64,000 nucleotides of DNA from a candidate division WOR-3 bacterium (GCA_027003075.1 JALWYV010000020.1:902-64901), one strand, 5' to 3'; counted from the first letter of the stretch, positions 10,094-20,339 are shown. Made by a program: numbers and translations. The notes: generated from the letters alone by a model not told the origin.

Positions 10094-11013
10094 TCCTTCT
10101 TCTTCATACCCCGCATCCTCCAGTCAAGCACGAGGGAGGAGACCACGAATATTGAGGAGTACGTACCCACGAATACTCCTATGGTAAGAATAAAGGCGAA
10201 GTTGAAGAGCACTGGACCGCCGAAAAGGAGAAGGGAGAAAACGACGAGGAACGTTGTGAAGGACGTTATGATGGTACGGGAGAGGGTGGAGTTTATGGCG
10301 TCGTTGAATATGCGCTCAAGATCCCTCGGAGAGACGTCCACGAGCCTGAACCTTCCGAGGTACTCCCTTACACGGTCCGCCACGACTATAGAGTCGTTGA
10401 TGGAGTAACCGATAAGGGTCAGGAGGGCGGCTATCACGGTCATATCGGTCTCAAAGCCGAACAGGGAGTGTATGCCCCACGTTATTATGACGTCGTGGAA
10501 TAGGGCGAGTGTAGCCCCCAGGCCGAAGAGTATATCAAACCTCAACCAGATGTAAAACAGTATGACTATTAGCCCTACTACCGTCAGAATAAGGGCCTTT
10601 TCACGAAGCTCCGCCCCCACTTTGGGACCCACGTGTTCCGCCCTGTCAAGGCGTACGCTCTTGCCAAGGAACTTCTCAAGGCCCTTGACGAGGCTGTCAG
10701 GTTCTATGTTCTCCTTGTACTTTATGAGGTATTCGTTCGCAATCCCAACGTTCTGGATCTCCGCCTTTATGCCCATCTTAAGGGTGGCACTACGGACGGC
10801 GTCAATCGGTGCCTCAACGTGGATCTGAACGAGCCTTCCACCCGTGAAGTCTATGGACCAGGTCTGCTTGATACCTGCGAATGAGCCAAGGGGTGTAAGG
10901 CGAAGCAGAAGGGAGATGAGGCCTACGGTCACCAGAAGAGCAGAGATTACGTAGGCTATACGCCTCTTCCCCATGAAGTCTATGTTGGGATTTTCAAGCC
11001 ATTTGATTCTCAT
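10090..11013 (-). CDS. secF: Protein translocase subunit SecF
   Basis: Full-length SecF-like topology and conserved C-terminal TM bundle. Confidence 0.85.
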   Translation of the reverse strand: MRIKWLENPNIDFMGKRRIAYVISALLVTVGLISLLLRLTPLGSFAGIKQTWSIDFTGGRLVQIHVEAPIDAVRSATLKMGIKAEIQNVGIANEYLIKYKENIEPDSLVKGLEKFLGKSVRLDRAEHVGPKVGAELREKALILTVVGLIVILFYIWLRFDILFGLGATLALFHDVIITWGIHSLFGFETDMTVIAALLTLIGYSINDSIVVADRVREYLGRFRLVDVSPRDLERIFNDAINSTLSRTIITSFTTFLVVFSLLLFGGPVLFNFAFILTIGVFVGTYSSIFVVSSLVLDWRMRGMKKKE

Positions 11014-11026
11014 CCTTTAACCTCCT

Positions 11027-12607
11027 TTAAATGGGAACAGCCTGCCACTTCCTGTCCTCTATGAGATAGCCGAAGATCCAGCGGGTCATAACTATGGACG
11101 TGAAGAGGTTCACAATAATTCCGATAGCGAGGACTACGGCGAACCCGCGGATGGGTCCCACACCGAGGAACATCAGGACGAGAGCGGTCAGTAGCGTGGT
11201 TATGTTGGCGTCAAGGATGGTACGGGTAGCGTTGGCGTACCCCACCTCTAAGGCCGTCCGGAAGGACTTACCCTTTCGCAGCTCTTCCCTTATACGCTCA
11301 AATATCAGGACGTTGGCGTCCACGGCCATACCCACGGTCAGGATAAGGCCCGCCATACCGGGCATCGTCAGGGTGGCGTTGAGCATGGCCATTATGTCAA
11401 GGATGAAGATGAGGTTGGCGAGCAGGGCGAGGACGGCTATTACACCGGCTACACGGTAGTAGAAGATCATGAAGAGGACAACGAGTACGAAGGCGACGGC
11501 GAGGGCCATCATACCCCTGCGGATGGAGTCCGCACCGAGGGTAGGACCGACGATCCTCTCCTCCTCAACCTTCACCGGAACCGGAAGGGCGCCCGCCCGG
11601 AGTATAGCGGCGAGGTCCTGGGCCTCCTGAAGGGAGGGTATACCGGTTATCTGGGCGTTACCCGTGGGTATCCTCTCCTGTATTCTCGGAGCGGACTGTA
11701 CCACACCGTCCAGAACTATGGCCAGCCTCTTACCCACGTTCTCACCCGTAAGCCGGGCGAATATGGTGGCACCCACACGATCAAACGTGATGTGGACGAC
11801 GGGTTGCCCCGCCATCTGCTGCTGACCGAGGGAGGCCCTCGCATCCACAAGATGGGCCCCCGTAAGGGGTGTCCGTTTCTGCACGAGGAAGAGTTTACGT
11901 ATCTTCTTACCGTCCTTGGTAACGATCGTACGCCCCCAGAGTATCTGGTACCCCGGAGGGATCAGCCTCTTCACATCGGGAAGGTTCAGTATACTATCAA
12001 CCTTATCCCAGTTCTCTTCAAGGACAGCCACGTCCCCCTCGTATCCGATGAGAAGACGGGTGAACGGCCCGGCCTTCCCGGTATCCGACGCAAACCCCTC
12101 CTTCTTTCTGAGGAGGTCGTCAACGCTTTTCAGGAAGTCGGCAAAGACCTTATCGTCGGCAAGGAGCTTAAACTCCAGAAGTGCGGTTTTACCGATGATG
12201 TTCCTCGCCCGTTCCTTACTTACAACGCCGGGCAACTGGACTATTACCCTGTCCTCACCCACCTTCTGAATTACAGGCTCAAATACACCCAGCTGGTCCA
12301 CACGGTTCCTTATGACCTCCACCACCCTGTCCGCTGCGTCCTTCAGCTGTTCAGGATCCTTTACCTTTGACCTGTCCACGGACAGGACTATGTACATTCC
12401 TCCCTGAATATCCAGACCGAGGTTTAAGGCTCGCTTTTTGAGTTCAAACAGGGCCTGTCTGCCCATCTTCTCCTGCTCCTCGTGGCTCATCGTGAGGAGC
12501 TTATACGTTGGCATCAGGAGGTATATGCCTCCGGCGAAGAGTGCGACGATCAGGCCCAACCTCCACAGGTACTTACCGGACATGAGCCGGTGATTATAGG
12601 GCGGCAA
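11027..12607 (-). CDS. secD: Protein translocase subunit SecD
   Basis: Full-length SecD with periplasmic domain and RND-like TM region. Confidence 0.85.
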   Translation of the reverse strand: MPPYNHRLMSGKYLWRLGLIVALFAGGIYLLMPTYKLLTMSHEEQEKMGRQALFELKKRALNLGLDIQGGMYIVLSVDRSKVKDPEQLKDAADRVVEVIRNRVDQLGVFEPVIQKVGEDRVIVQLPGVVSKERARNIIGKTALLEFKLLADDKVFADFLKSVDDLLRKKEGFASDTGKAGPFTRLLIGYEGDVAVLEENWDKVDSILNLPDVKRLIPPGYQILWGRTIVTKDGKKIRKLFLVQKRTPLTGAHLVDARASLGQQQMAGQPVVHITFDRVGATIFARLTGENVGKRLAIVLDGVVQSAPRIQERIPTGNAQITGIPSLQEAQDLAAILRAGALPVPVKVEEERIVGPTLGADSIRRGMMALAVAFVLVVLFMIFYYRVAGVIAVLALLANLIFILDIMAMLNATLTMPGMAGLILTVGMAVDANVLIFERIREELRKGKSFRTALEVGYANATRTILDANITTLLTALVLMFLGVGPIRGFAVVLAIGIIVNLFTSIVMTRWIFGYLIEDRKWQAVPI

Positions 12608-12665
12608 AACGGGTAAAAACGAAGTTCAGGTTGTTGTACCGACCCTTATTCCCATCAATTGGCGA

Positions 12666-13253
12666 TCAGGCCCTGAGAATCCCGTTGAGTATGAGGTTAA
12701 CGACCGTATCCTCAACTTCGGAGAAATCCTCCTCCCCCTTCTCCTCAAACAGGTACCTCATGGCACCGTATATCGTTCCTCGTATGGCGTAGGAAAACGC
12801 CTCCGGACTACCGGGAATAAACTCTCCCCTCTCCTGCCCCTCACGGATTATATCGGACAGCAGACCGAAGTACCTGTCTCTCCTTTTCAGGTTGCTGACG
12901 ACGTCTATCCTCCGGGCCATGGAGGAGAAGACGAAGTTGTAAACGAAACGGAGGAAGTCCGGATTCTCCCTCACCTGCCTGAAGTGTTCCCTTATCCAGA
13001 TCTCCAGCTTTCTGACGGGGTCGTCCACGTTTTTAAGAGCCTTCTCCAGCTCCATCAGCGCCCTGTCTTTCAGGTGCTGGAAGATGCTGATTATCAGGTC
13101 CTCCTTGGACTTAAAGTAGAAGTAGAAGTAACTCTTGGTAGTCCCAAGAGCCCTGGCCAGATCTTCCATGGAAGTGTTGTCTATACCTTTTTCTATGAAA
13201 ACCTTCATCGCCGACAGGATGATCTCCTGACGCCTTTTCTCCCTGTTGCTCAC
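12666..13253 (-). CDS. TetR/AcrR-family transcriptional regulator
   Basis: N-terminal HTH FIEKGIDNTSMEDLARALGTTKSYFYFYFKSKEDL. Confidence 0.8.
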   Translation of the reverse strand: MSNREKRRQEIILSAMKVFIEKGIDNTSMEDLARALGTTKSYFYFYFKSKEDLIISIFQHLKDRALMELEKALKNVDDPVRKLEIWIREHFRQVRENPDFLRFVYNFVFSSMARRIDVVSNLKRRDRYFGLLSDIIREGQERGEFIPGSPEAFSYAIRGTIYGAMRYLFEEKGEEDFSEVEDTVVNLILNGILRA

Positions 13254-13277
13254 GCCGATTCTATTCTACGGTCGTAC

Positions 13278-14600
13278 CTACTGCGTAATCTTCCATACGA
13301 AGGAAAGGCCGAAGGAGTAGGCGTAGAGTTCCTTCGTTATGAGGGGGATCTTGAAGTCCACGTAAGGGTAGGAGATGTGGCCAAAGGCCCTTGAGATCTG
13401 GAAAGAGAATATGAAACTCTCCGAGGCGTAGAAAGCTCCCAATTGCCAGCAGGATAGCCTTTCCCCCTGAAAGCGGAGGTCAAGGCCTCCGAAGCCCCCG
13501 TACTCCCCTCCCGCCCGCCAGAAGAGCGCCAATCCCTCACCGGATACTTTCGCCGTGGCATAAACGTTCTCCCCCGTGTAAGAGAGGGTAAGAAACGGAT
13601 AGGTCCCACCCCGCACCGGGAAGGCGTGAGTTCCGGTAGTACTTACGCTGTCCCTCAACGACCCTTCCGTTTTCAGACCCACCGTGGCGCTTCCCCGCAG
13701 ATATACGGTATCGGAGTCGGCCGAATACTCGGCGTAGAGGTCGTTGTTGAACAGTTCGCTCCTGACCCAGTTTCCCACAAGATCCGAGATGTAGTTGTAG
13801 TAAAGGGAGTCCGAGAAGTTGAGGGTTAGGGTCCTGAAGGTTTCAACACCTCCACCCAGCCTGAACCTTCCGAAACGCCTCCCGAATTGAAAGCCGGCGT
13901 TGTAGAGTATAGTCGGGTCCATCTCAAAGGAGTACACGTACCTCGCAACGTTCTCTTCGGCGAACTGGAAGCCGAAAACGGCCTCGTTCTGGACACCCGA
14001 TAGGGCGAAGGTGTCCTCGTATATCTGCCCTCCCACGTACCTTATATCCCATCCCCCTTTACCGGAAAACCGGCTAACGTTTCCCTCAACGTTGAGGAAG
14101 TAATCTCCGAAGTTCTTACCTATTCCGAAGGTTATGGGCAGATAGGAGAATCCACTCTCGGACGTAAGGATGGGCTGGATCGTGACGTTCCCTTTTATCC
14201 TCCACGTAACCGGCACCTTTCCCCTCAGGTCGTCCACCTCAACGGGTAGTAGTGTGTCCTCTATGGTGGCGTCTATCTCCCCCCAGATAACCTCCGGAGG
14301 GTTTCCCTGAAGGGCGCTCGTGCCAAGGGGAGGGGTGGAGACGTATACGGAGGGCAGGGCGATATAGAAACTCCAGTCCCCTGACCACATGAGGGAAGTA
14401 TGGAACCGCATACCGTTTGAAACCTTGAAGGCCACGGGAAAGGTGTAGTTGTCGGGAAGACCTTCGGGCTTAACGAAAGTCTGGAGGTTGTCTATCTGGG
14501 CGAAGTTGAAACCACCGGACACATACGTGGTTTCGGCAGGAACCTCGTACAGGAACAGGGGTGGGGGTGGAAGGAAGTAAAATAGCGAGAACTCTACCAT
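13278..14600 (-). CDS. Hypothetical aromatic/glycine-rich protein (possible outer-membrane beta-barrel)
   Basis: Long ORF with coding-like composition; no recognised family. Confidence 0.5.
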   Translation of the reverse strand: MVEFSLFYFLPPPPLFLYEVPAETTYVSGGFNFAQIDNLQTFVKPEGLPDNYTFPVAFKVSNGMRFHTSLMWSGDWSFYIALPSVYVSTPPLGTSALQGNPPEVIWGEIDATIEDTLLPVEVDDLRGKVPVTWRIKGNVTIQPILTSESGFSYLPITFGIGKNFGDYFLNVEGNVSRFSGKGGWDIRYVGGQIYEDTFALSGVQNEAVFGFQFAEENVARYVYSFEMDPTILYNAGFQFGRRFGRFRLGGGVETFRTLTLNFSDSLYYNYISDLVGNWVRSELFNNDLYAEYSADSDTVYLRGSATVGLKTEGSLRDSVSTTGTHAFPVRGGTYPFLTLSYTGENVYATAKVSGEGLALFWRAGGEYGGFGGLDLRFQGERLSCWQLGAFYASESFIFSFQISRAFGHISYPYVDFKIPLITKELYAYSFGLSFVWKITQ

Positions 14601-14672
14601 GGGTTACCTCCCATTTGAAGGATACCGACCATTAGAATAGGGTATTCTACACTTGAGCGTGGATTGTTACCG

Positions 14673-15062
14673 TCAGCCCCACCCGTGGTACACCTGAAAA
14701 CAGGCTTCCCCGGTCCTTCTGTTAAAGTACAGATAGACCTTTGTAACCTTCAGTTCCCTCCGGGCGGTTTCGTTGTCCCTCTCCGCCCTGTAGAACAGTA
14801 TATCCGGATCTTTGAGGTACCTCCTACCCATAGGGCAGTGGACCCGGAAGTCGGCATTACTGAACTCACTCATATGGATGTCGTAGAAGTCCCTTTGAGT
14901 TACGCTGTCAAGCCTGAGAATTTCTACGATCCGCCTTATCTGACTCTCCGTAGCCTTAAACCTGTGCAGAAATATCCGGTAAGGGGCGACCTGCCGGGTC
15001 TGGTTCACCCTCAAACCGAGGTCGTGCCGGTCAAAGAAGTCCTGAACACTTTTCCGTTCCAT
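14673..15062 (-). CDS. Hypothetical protein (129 aa)
   Basis: AGG-rich Arg usage consistent with host genes; a Pro-rich 158-aa ORF on the opposite strand judged antisense artefact; strand call tentative. Confidence 0.35.
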   Translation of the reverse strand: MERKSVQDFFDRHDLGLRVNQTRQVAPYRIFLHRFKATESQIRRIVEILRLDSVTQRDFYDIHMSEFSNADFRVHCPMGRRYLKDPDILFYRAERDNETARRELKVTKVYLYFNRRTGEACFQVYHGWG

Positions 15063-15131
15063 CGCAAGGCTTATCCGGTTGCCGGGATAGTTGAACGGTC
15101 TATCCCGCCTTTCCCCATACGTACCACATGT

Positions 15132-16091
15132 TTATTTTAGAACATTTTTGAAATATCTGCGACCTTTTGCTGTAATATCAAGAATTCGCGCATACCCCCT
15201 ACTATCCTTTAAAATTTTCAAATATCCCCTTTCTGCAAAATAATCTAATAAGTTGTTAACTATTATTCTATCACATCCTACTCTCTCGGAAATCTCATAA
15301 TCATTTTTTATATTTTCATTGACTATATATGCAATTACTCTTTTAAAAATATCTTCCCATCCTTCTAAAAAAACTTCACAATACTTTATAAAACCCCGAG
15401 TACTCATAACAATCATTGTCCAACCTGCTGGAAATCTTGTGAGTTTTATTAGCCCTTTTTCTTCAAGTATTTCCAGAGATTCGCTAACTTCATCTTCTGT
15501 GATGCCATACTCTTCAGATTTATGAAGAATTTCAATTGATGTTAATATCTTACTTAAATCTCCCTTTTGTAGAATGATATCTCCCATTATTTTTAACACT
15601 AACTCATCAATTTTGTTATAATCCGAAGTTTTACGTTCAACTATGGCAAATTTAGGTGGCTCGCCCAGAGGAGACTTATCTATCACTTCATAAATTGTTT
15701 TGAGTATCTGCTGAAACTCCTTCTCATAATTGGATAGGTCTCGTACTTTCACCCACATGAGATGCTTTAGACTTGTTGGAACCCCGACATCTTCGTCAAT
15801 TATTATCGGGATTATTCTTGTTTTTCCTTCAATCCTTTTTATAACAGCGGAATTTAATTCTTCTTTAATCCATTTTTTATTAGCGCTATACTTTGATAGG
15901 ACTATTATAAATACATCGCAATTTTTAATTCCTTCCTCAAAAATTTTCTCCACAATACTATCGCCAGGTTTTATTTCCCATTTATCTACCCAAGCATCAA
16001 CACCTTTTGACCTAAGCTTTTTTGCAAATTCCAATACGAACCGTTCTTTATCTTCGCTCGCATGGCTTATAAACACTTTCGGATTCTTCAC
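15132..16091 (-). CDS. TIR-domain protein with C-terminal tandem winged-helix-like extension
   Basis: KVFISHASEDKERF...GVDAWVDKWEIKPGDSI...CDVFIIVLSKYSANKKWIKEEL bacterial TIR signature with conserved Glu; gene lies in a roughly 37% GC island. Confidence 0.8.
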   Translation of the reverse strand: MKNPKVFISHASEDKERFVLEFAKKLRSKGVDAWVDKWEIKPGDSIVEKIFEEGIKNCDVFIIVLSKYSANKKWIKEELNSAVIKRIEGKTRIIPIIIDEDVGVPTSLKHLMWVKVRDLSNYEKEFQQILKTIYEVIDKSPLGEPPKFAIVERKTSDYNKIDELVLKIMGDIILQKGDLSKILTSIEILHKSEEYGITEDEVSESLEILEEKGLIKLTRFPAGWTMIVMSTRGFIKYCEVFLEGWEDIFKRVIAYIVNENIKNDYEISERVGCDRIIVNNLLDYFAERGYLKILKDSRGYARILDITAKGRRYFKNVLK

Positions 16092-16179
16092 AGTAGGAAT
16101 TATACACCCGGCTATACCTCCGTCCCCGACCCAAAAAGGGGAGGGTTCCCCCTCCCCCTCTTATTTTTAAGCCCCACCT

Positions 16180-18510
16180 CTACCTTACCACCACCTTCCG
16201 GGTCTTACCCTTCGCCGAAACGAAGTAAACGCCTCTGTTAAGGTGTACCTGACCACCGTCCGAAAGCTCGGAAACGAGCCTGCCGGAGAGGTCGTAGACC
16301 CTTAGGTTAGCCTTTGCCTTCAGGACATTTCCGGCAAGGGAAAAGCCGTGCAGCTCCGCAGCTATACGCTCCCGTACTTCGGTTGTGACGGGCAACTGCA
16401 CCTTCCACATACCACGGCCGTGGGTGGCGACTATCAGATACGTATGTGTAGGCTCTATCTCAAGGTCGTAGATAGCCGTTGAGGGAACACCGTTTATCTT
16501 CGTATACGTACTCTGATCCATGGAGTAATACAGGCCGTTGTACGTCCCTACGTAGATCGTGTGGGGAGTCGTGGTGAAGTCCACCTCAAGGGCGAGGGCA
16601 GGGGTGTTGGGTAGGTCACCGCTTATATCCGTCCACGTTGCGCCGGCATCGCTGGAGTAAACTACCTTCGCCCCGTAACTCTGCTTTATCGTGGCGTATA
16701 CCTCGGCGGCGTTATCGGGGTTTATGACGATGTCAAAGATGTCCTCCCACGTACTTACGTCGGGCAGGGTCCTGTCTATCCAGGTGCTACCACCGTCAAA
16801 GGAGACCTTGAAGTCCGCAGAACTGGATCCCACGTAAAGGGTGTCCATAGTGGGAGATACGGCCATAGACATGAGGTATCCGGAGGATGAGGAGACGAGA
16901 GAGCCGGATATGGCGGACCAGTTAAGGCCTCCGTCCGTACTCTTCCATAGCCTGTAAGTCCCGGCGAAGACCGTCTGAGTGTTCCCGGTGGGATCGGCCT
17001 CAAGGGGTCCACACGTCCAGCAGGCCCTATCTCCGGACCAGGGGGTCCCTATGTAATTGACGTACTGGAAAGCTGTACCGTCCCATTCGTGCAACTTCAG
17101 GCTGCTCATCTGGACGTAGGTCGTCAGTATACTATCGGGGGCGAAGGGGAACCATAGGACAGGACCACCATCGCCGCCGCGGATGTTCTCCCAGTCGTCT
17201 CCCCACGGAGCGTACCAACCAGCCGTACCGTTGTCCTGAGTACCTCCGGCTACGAGAGAGGAGTCGTCAGGATGAACGTCAAGGGTGTAGAACTGGGTTA
17301 TGCCGAGGCCCCCGTTGAGGTTCTCCCATGAATCTCCGTAATCGTAACTACGCCATAGACCACCGTCGCAGGCGACGTAGAGGGCACCGTCCGCTCCCCA
17401 CGCGAAGTGCTGAATATCAGGATGTACCTTACCGCCGGTTCCACGGTCTGTAACGTCCGTCCACGTGTTTCCACCGTCAAACGTTCTGACTATACCGTGA
17501 TGGTTGGAGTCGTAAGGAAACACCCCTCCGGCGAAAACGGTGTCGGGATTGGTAGGATGTACTATAATGGCGTGGTCGTAACTACCCTGAGAGTAAAGGT
17601 AATCGGGTGTGTTGGTGAGCTGTATCCATGTGGCACCTCCGTCCGTTGTCTTATACAGACCTTCCAGCCCACCTACGGTATTCGCAAAACTGGCGTATAC
17701 GACGTTGGGATCGGAGGGAGATACGGCCAGCTCAACCCTCGTTATGTTGCTTGTGGGTAGGGAGGTTATGACGTTCCACGTGCTGCCTCCATCCGTACTC
17801 TCATAGACTCCTTCGCCGTACACCCCTATGAACATGTGGTCGTAGTCGTCGGACCTCACGGCTATGCTGTTTACGTCGTTGGTGGTAAAGACCCAGCTCC
17901 AGGTGGCTCCTCCGTCGGTGCTTCGGGCCAGGCCGTCGTTACTGGCTACGAATATGACGTTCGGGTCGTTCGGTCTTATCCATATCTGGTCTATGTAGTC
18001 TCCTACCTCACTACGGGTGGCTATCTTGGTCCACGTTGCCCCGGCGTCAGTACTCCTGTAAAGACCATCACCGGTAAAACAGCTCCACCCACAGTAATGC
18101 AGCTCTCCCGTCCCGTAGTAGATGGTGTTGGGATCCGTGGGATCAAAAGCGAGTGCCCCACTCGCTATATTGGGAAGGCCATCTGTGAGTGGCGTCCACG
18201 TGCTCCCTCCATCCGTCGTCTTCCAGACACCCCCGCTGGCGGCTGCTATGTATATGGTATTTGGATCTGTAGGATGGGGGAGAATGTAGGAAATGCGCCC
18301 GCTAACCGTACCGTCGGACCACGGTTCGTCGTACATAGGACGTGGCCCTATGAACGTGGCCGATAGCGTAAAAACAGAAGGTACCCCATTGAAAGTTGCA
18401 CCTTTGGGAACGACCTCCACCATCCGACTCGCCTGAGCGTCCAGGCTCTCTGCGGGGACGATCTGAATGTCCCCATCGGTATAACCGAGAATTAAACATG
18501 TTAAAATCAT
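16180..18510 (-). CDS. BNR/Asp-box repeat beta-propeller protein with T9SS C-terminal sorting domain
   Basis: At least 8 SxDxGxTW motifs (TDGGSTW, TDGGATW, FDGGNTW, YDYGDSW...); C-terminus ...GVYFVSAKGKTRKVVVR. Confidence 0.75.
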   Translation of the reverse strand: MILTCLILGYTDGDIQIVPAESLDAQASRMVEVVPKGATFNGVPSVFTLSATFIGPRPMYDEPWSDGTVSGRISYILPHPTDPNTIYIAAASGGVWKTTDGGSTWTPLTDGLPNIASGALAFDPTDPNTIYYGTGELHYCGWSCFTGDGLYRSTDAGATWTKIATRSEVGDYIDQIWIRPNDPNVIFVASNDGLARSTDGGATWSWVFTTNDVNSIAVRSDDYDHMFIGVYGEGVYESTDGGSTWNVITSLPTSNITRVELAVSPSDPNVVYASFANTVGGLEGLYKTTDGGATWIQLTNTPDYLYSQGSYDHAIIVHPTNPDTVFAGGVFPYDSNHHGIVRTFDGGNTWTDVTDRGTGGKVHPDIQHFAWGADGALYVACDGGLWRSYDYGDSWENLNGGLGITQFYTLDVHPDDSSLVAGGTQDNGTAGWYAPWGDDWENIRGGDGGPVLWFPFAPDSILTTYVQMSSLKLHEWDGTAFQYVNYIGTPWSGDRACWTCGPLEADPTGNTQTVFAGTYRLWKSTDGGLNWSAISGSLVSSSSGYLMSMAVSPTMDTLYVGSSSADFKVSFDGGSTWIDRTLPDVSTWEDIFDIVINPDNAAEVYATIKQSYGAKVVYSSDAGATWTDISGDLPNTPALALEVDFTTTPHTIYVGTYNGLYYSMDQSTYTKINGVPSTAIYDLEIEPTHTYLIVATHGRGMWKVQLPVTTEVRERIAAELHGFSLAGNVLKAKANLRVYDLSGRLVSELSDGGQVHLNRGVYFVSAKGKTRKVVVR

Positions 18511-18598
18511 GAGGCGACTATTATAGAGTTAGCATTCAAATAAAATCAACATTTTTGCAATGGTAATCATTTACCCTGCTCAAATTCTTACAGCCCCC

Positions 18599-19945
18599 TT
18601 AAAACATCACTTTGAACACCTTCCTCCCGCTCTTTACGAAGTACACACCCGGTTTCAGACTCATCTTCCCGTACTCCCCCTCGTATATCAGCTTCCCGCT
18701 CACATCGTACACCTTCACATATCCGGAGGGCGTACCCTCACTTATAACCTCGCGGGTTTCCCTGACCTTCACCAGGGATATGGGCGCCTTACTGAAGAAG
18801 AGGTCAAGGTCCCCCTCCCTGCCGTCCGCCCATACGGCATAAACGTAATTGCTATCGGCGTATATGGTGTGGTAATCGCCCATGAATCCGACCGGTGAGG
18901 TGAAGGTCGTGTCCGTTATCCTTATCTCCGGGTTCCACGTCTGGCCGAAGTCGGGGGAGTAGCGGTACTTCACGGACCATAGGCTGAAGGTGTCCGTAGG
19001 CCACGAGGGGGTGTCGTAGTAGAAGACGTGAAGCCCTCCGTAGGGGTCAAACGTGGCCCATCCCTTACACTGGCCACCCGAAAGGTTCTGGTTCACGACG
19101 AAAGTGGGGGACCAGGTGTTTCCTCCGTCGTAGGAATAGGCGCCGAGAATGTCCCACGTGCCGTTGCGGTCGTCCACCCAGGTCACGAATACGGTATCGT
19201 CCCCGAATACGGCTATGGAGTTTATGGGGGCCCGGTCGCCGTAGCCGGAGTTGTAGGAGACGTAGTCTATCCTGACCGGCGAGGTCCACGATGAGCCGTG
19301 ATCGTAGGAACGCCTGTAGGTTATGTTTCCTGAAGTCCACTCAATGATAGCGAGATGGAGTATTCCACCCGGGGAAACGGCCAGAGAAACGAGGCCAGTG
19401 GTCGTTGGGTCAACGGTGAACCTCTGCCACGTCCTTCCCCTGTCGTAGGACCGGGCGAACCTTATCCCCTCCTCCGATCCTCCGAACTCCTGCCACGCCA
19501 CGTAAACGGTATCCCCCTTAACCACCATCCAGGGCTTATCAACGTCCCCACCTGTAGAGAGGTCGCTTATATTTGAAGTGTCGTGCCAGGTTATTCCTCC
19601 GTCCCTTGAGAGGTAATGCCGTACGACGTAAATTGAGAACTGCACCAGAAGATGTACGTACCCGGAGTCGTCTATTCCCACTACCGGATCTGTATGCCAG
19701 GTTATCCCCACGCTGTTGTCCACGAAGTTGTAGTTCGTCGGGAAGGTCGTTCCTCCGTCGTAAGATGCTGCAAACGGAAGGGCGGCGTACGATCCCCTCT
19801 CGTTCGTATTGCAGGCTACGAATATGCTGTCTCCGGAGGACGAGACGGCGAAGGAGGATTCCCCCTGATTGAGGGTAGGACCCGGATCCGCCGATATTTT
19901 CACGTTGGGCATGAAGGGGTAGTCTGTAAGGAGTAGCAGGATCAT
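18599..19945 (-). CDS. BNR/Asp-box repeat (sialidase-like propeller) protein with T9SS CTD
   Basis: DGGITW, DRGRTW, DHGSSW, DGGNTW, FGQTW repeats; ends GVYFVKSGRKVFKVMF. Confidence 0.75.
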   Translation of the reverse strand: MILLLLTDYPFMPNVKISADPGPTLNQGESSFAVSSSGDSIFVACNTNERGSYAALPFAASYDGGTTFPTNYNFVDNSVGITWHTDPVVGIDDSGYVHLLVQFSIYVVRHYLSRDGGITWHDTSNISDLSTGGDVDKPWMVVKGDTVYVAWQEFGGSEEGIRFARSYDRGRTWQRFTVDPTTTGLVSLAVSPGGILHLAIIEWTSGNITYRRSYDHGSSWTSPVRIDYVSYNSGYGDRAPINSIAVFGDDTVFVTWVDDRNGTWDILGAYSYDGGNTWSPTFVVNQNLSGGQCKGWATFDPYGGLHVFYYDTPSWPTDTFSLWSVKYRYSPDFGQTWNPEIRITDTTFTSPVGFMGDYHTIYADSNYVYAVWADGREGDLDLFFSKAPISLVKVRETREVISEGTPSGYVKVYDVSGKLIYEGEYGKMSLKPGVYFVKSGRKVFKVMF

Positions 19946-20292
19946 CGTGCCTTCACCTCCACTTTCTCAAGGGATATGGGGGTGTCACCTATGTTCTGGA
20001 TTACGACTATACCTTCAGGAGATTTCCCACCCACGAGGGCGTAGGGGTAGTTGGAGGAGTATATCGGTTTTTCAGGTTTAAGGAAAATTTCAATCTCCGG
20101 AGTTTTGCCCAGATCCACGTTTAAAGAGGACATGAGGTATATACCGTCGGGTCTCTTTTTCAGTGCGATGAGCTTTACCGTTCCACTCTCCCCTCTGAGG
20201 TGAACCACGAAGCCCGTCCGTACTTTATCGTAGGTGAAGATCTCCTTCGCCTTCGCCTGAAGTTGAAAATGCAAACCTAATAACCACAGCAT
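19942..20292 (-). CDS. Hypothetical small exported protein, translationally coupled to the BNR gene (4-nt overlap)
   Basis: ORF with hydrophobic N-terminus; no family recognised. Confidence 0.4.
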   Translation of the reverse strand: MLWLLGLHFQLQAKAKEIFTYDKVRTGFVVHLRGESGTVKLIALKKRPDGIYLMSSLNVDLGKTPEIEIFLKPEKPIYSSNYPYALVGGKSPEGIVVIQNIGDTPISLEKVEVKAR

Positions 20293-20339
20293 CGCCGTAT
20301 TATACGCCCGCAGATTTCAAGGGTAAAATATCGGACTCT

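Noticed and set aside
14664-15140. 158-aa plus-strand ORF overlapping the 129-aa minus-strand ORF
   Set aside because: Extremely Pro-rich with no family resemblance, typical of antisense reading in GC-rich DNA; the minus-strand frame has host-like codon usage, so only that one is kept, tentatively
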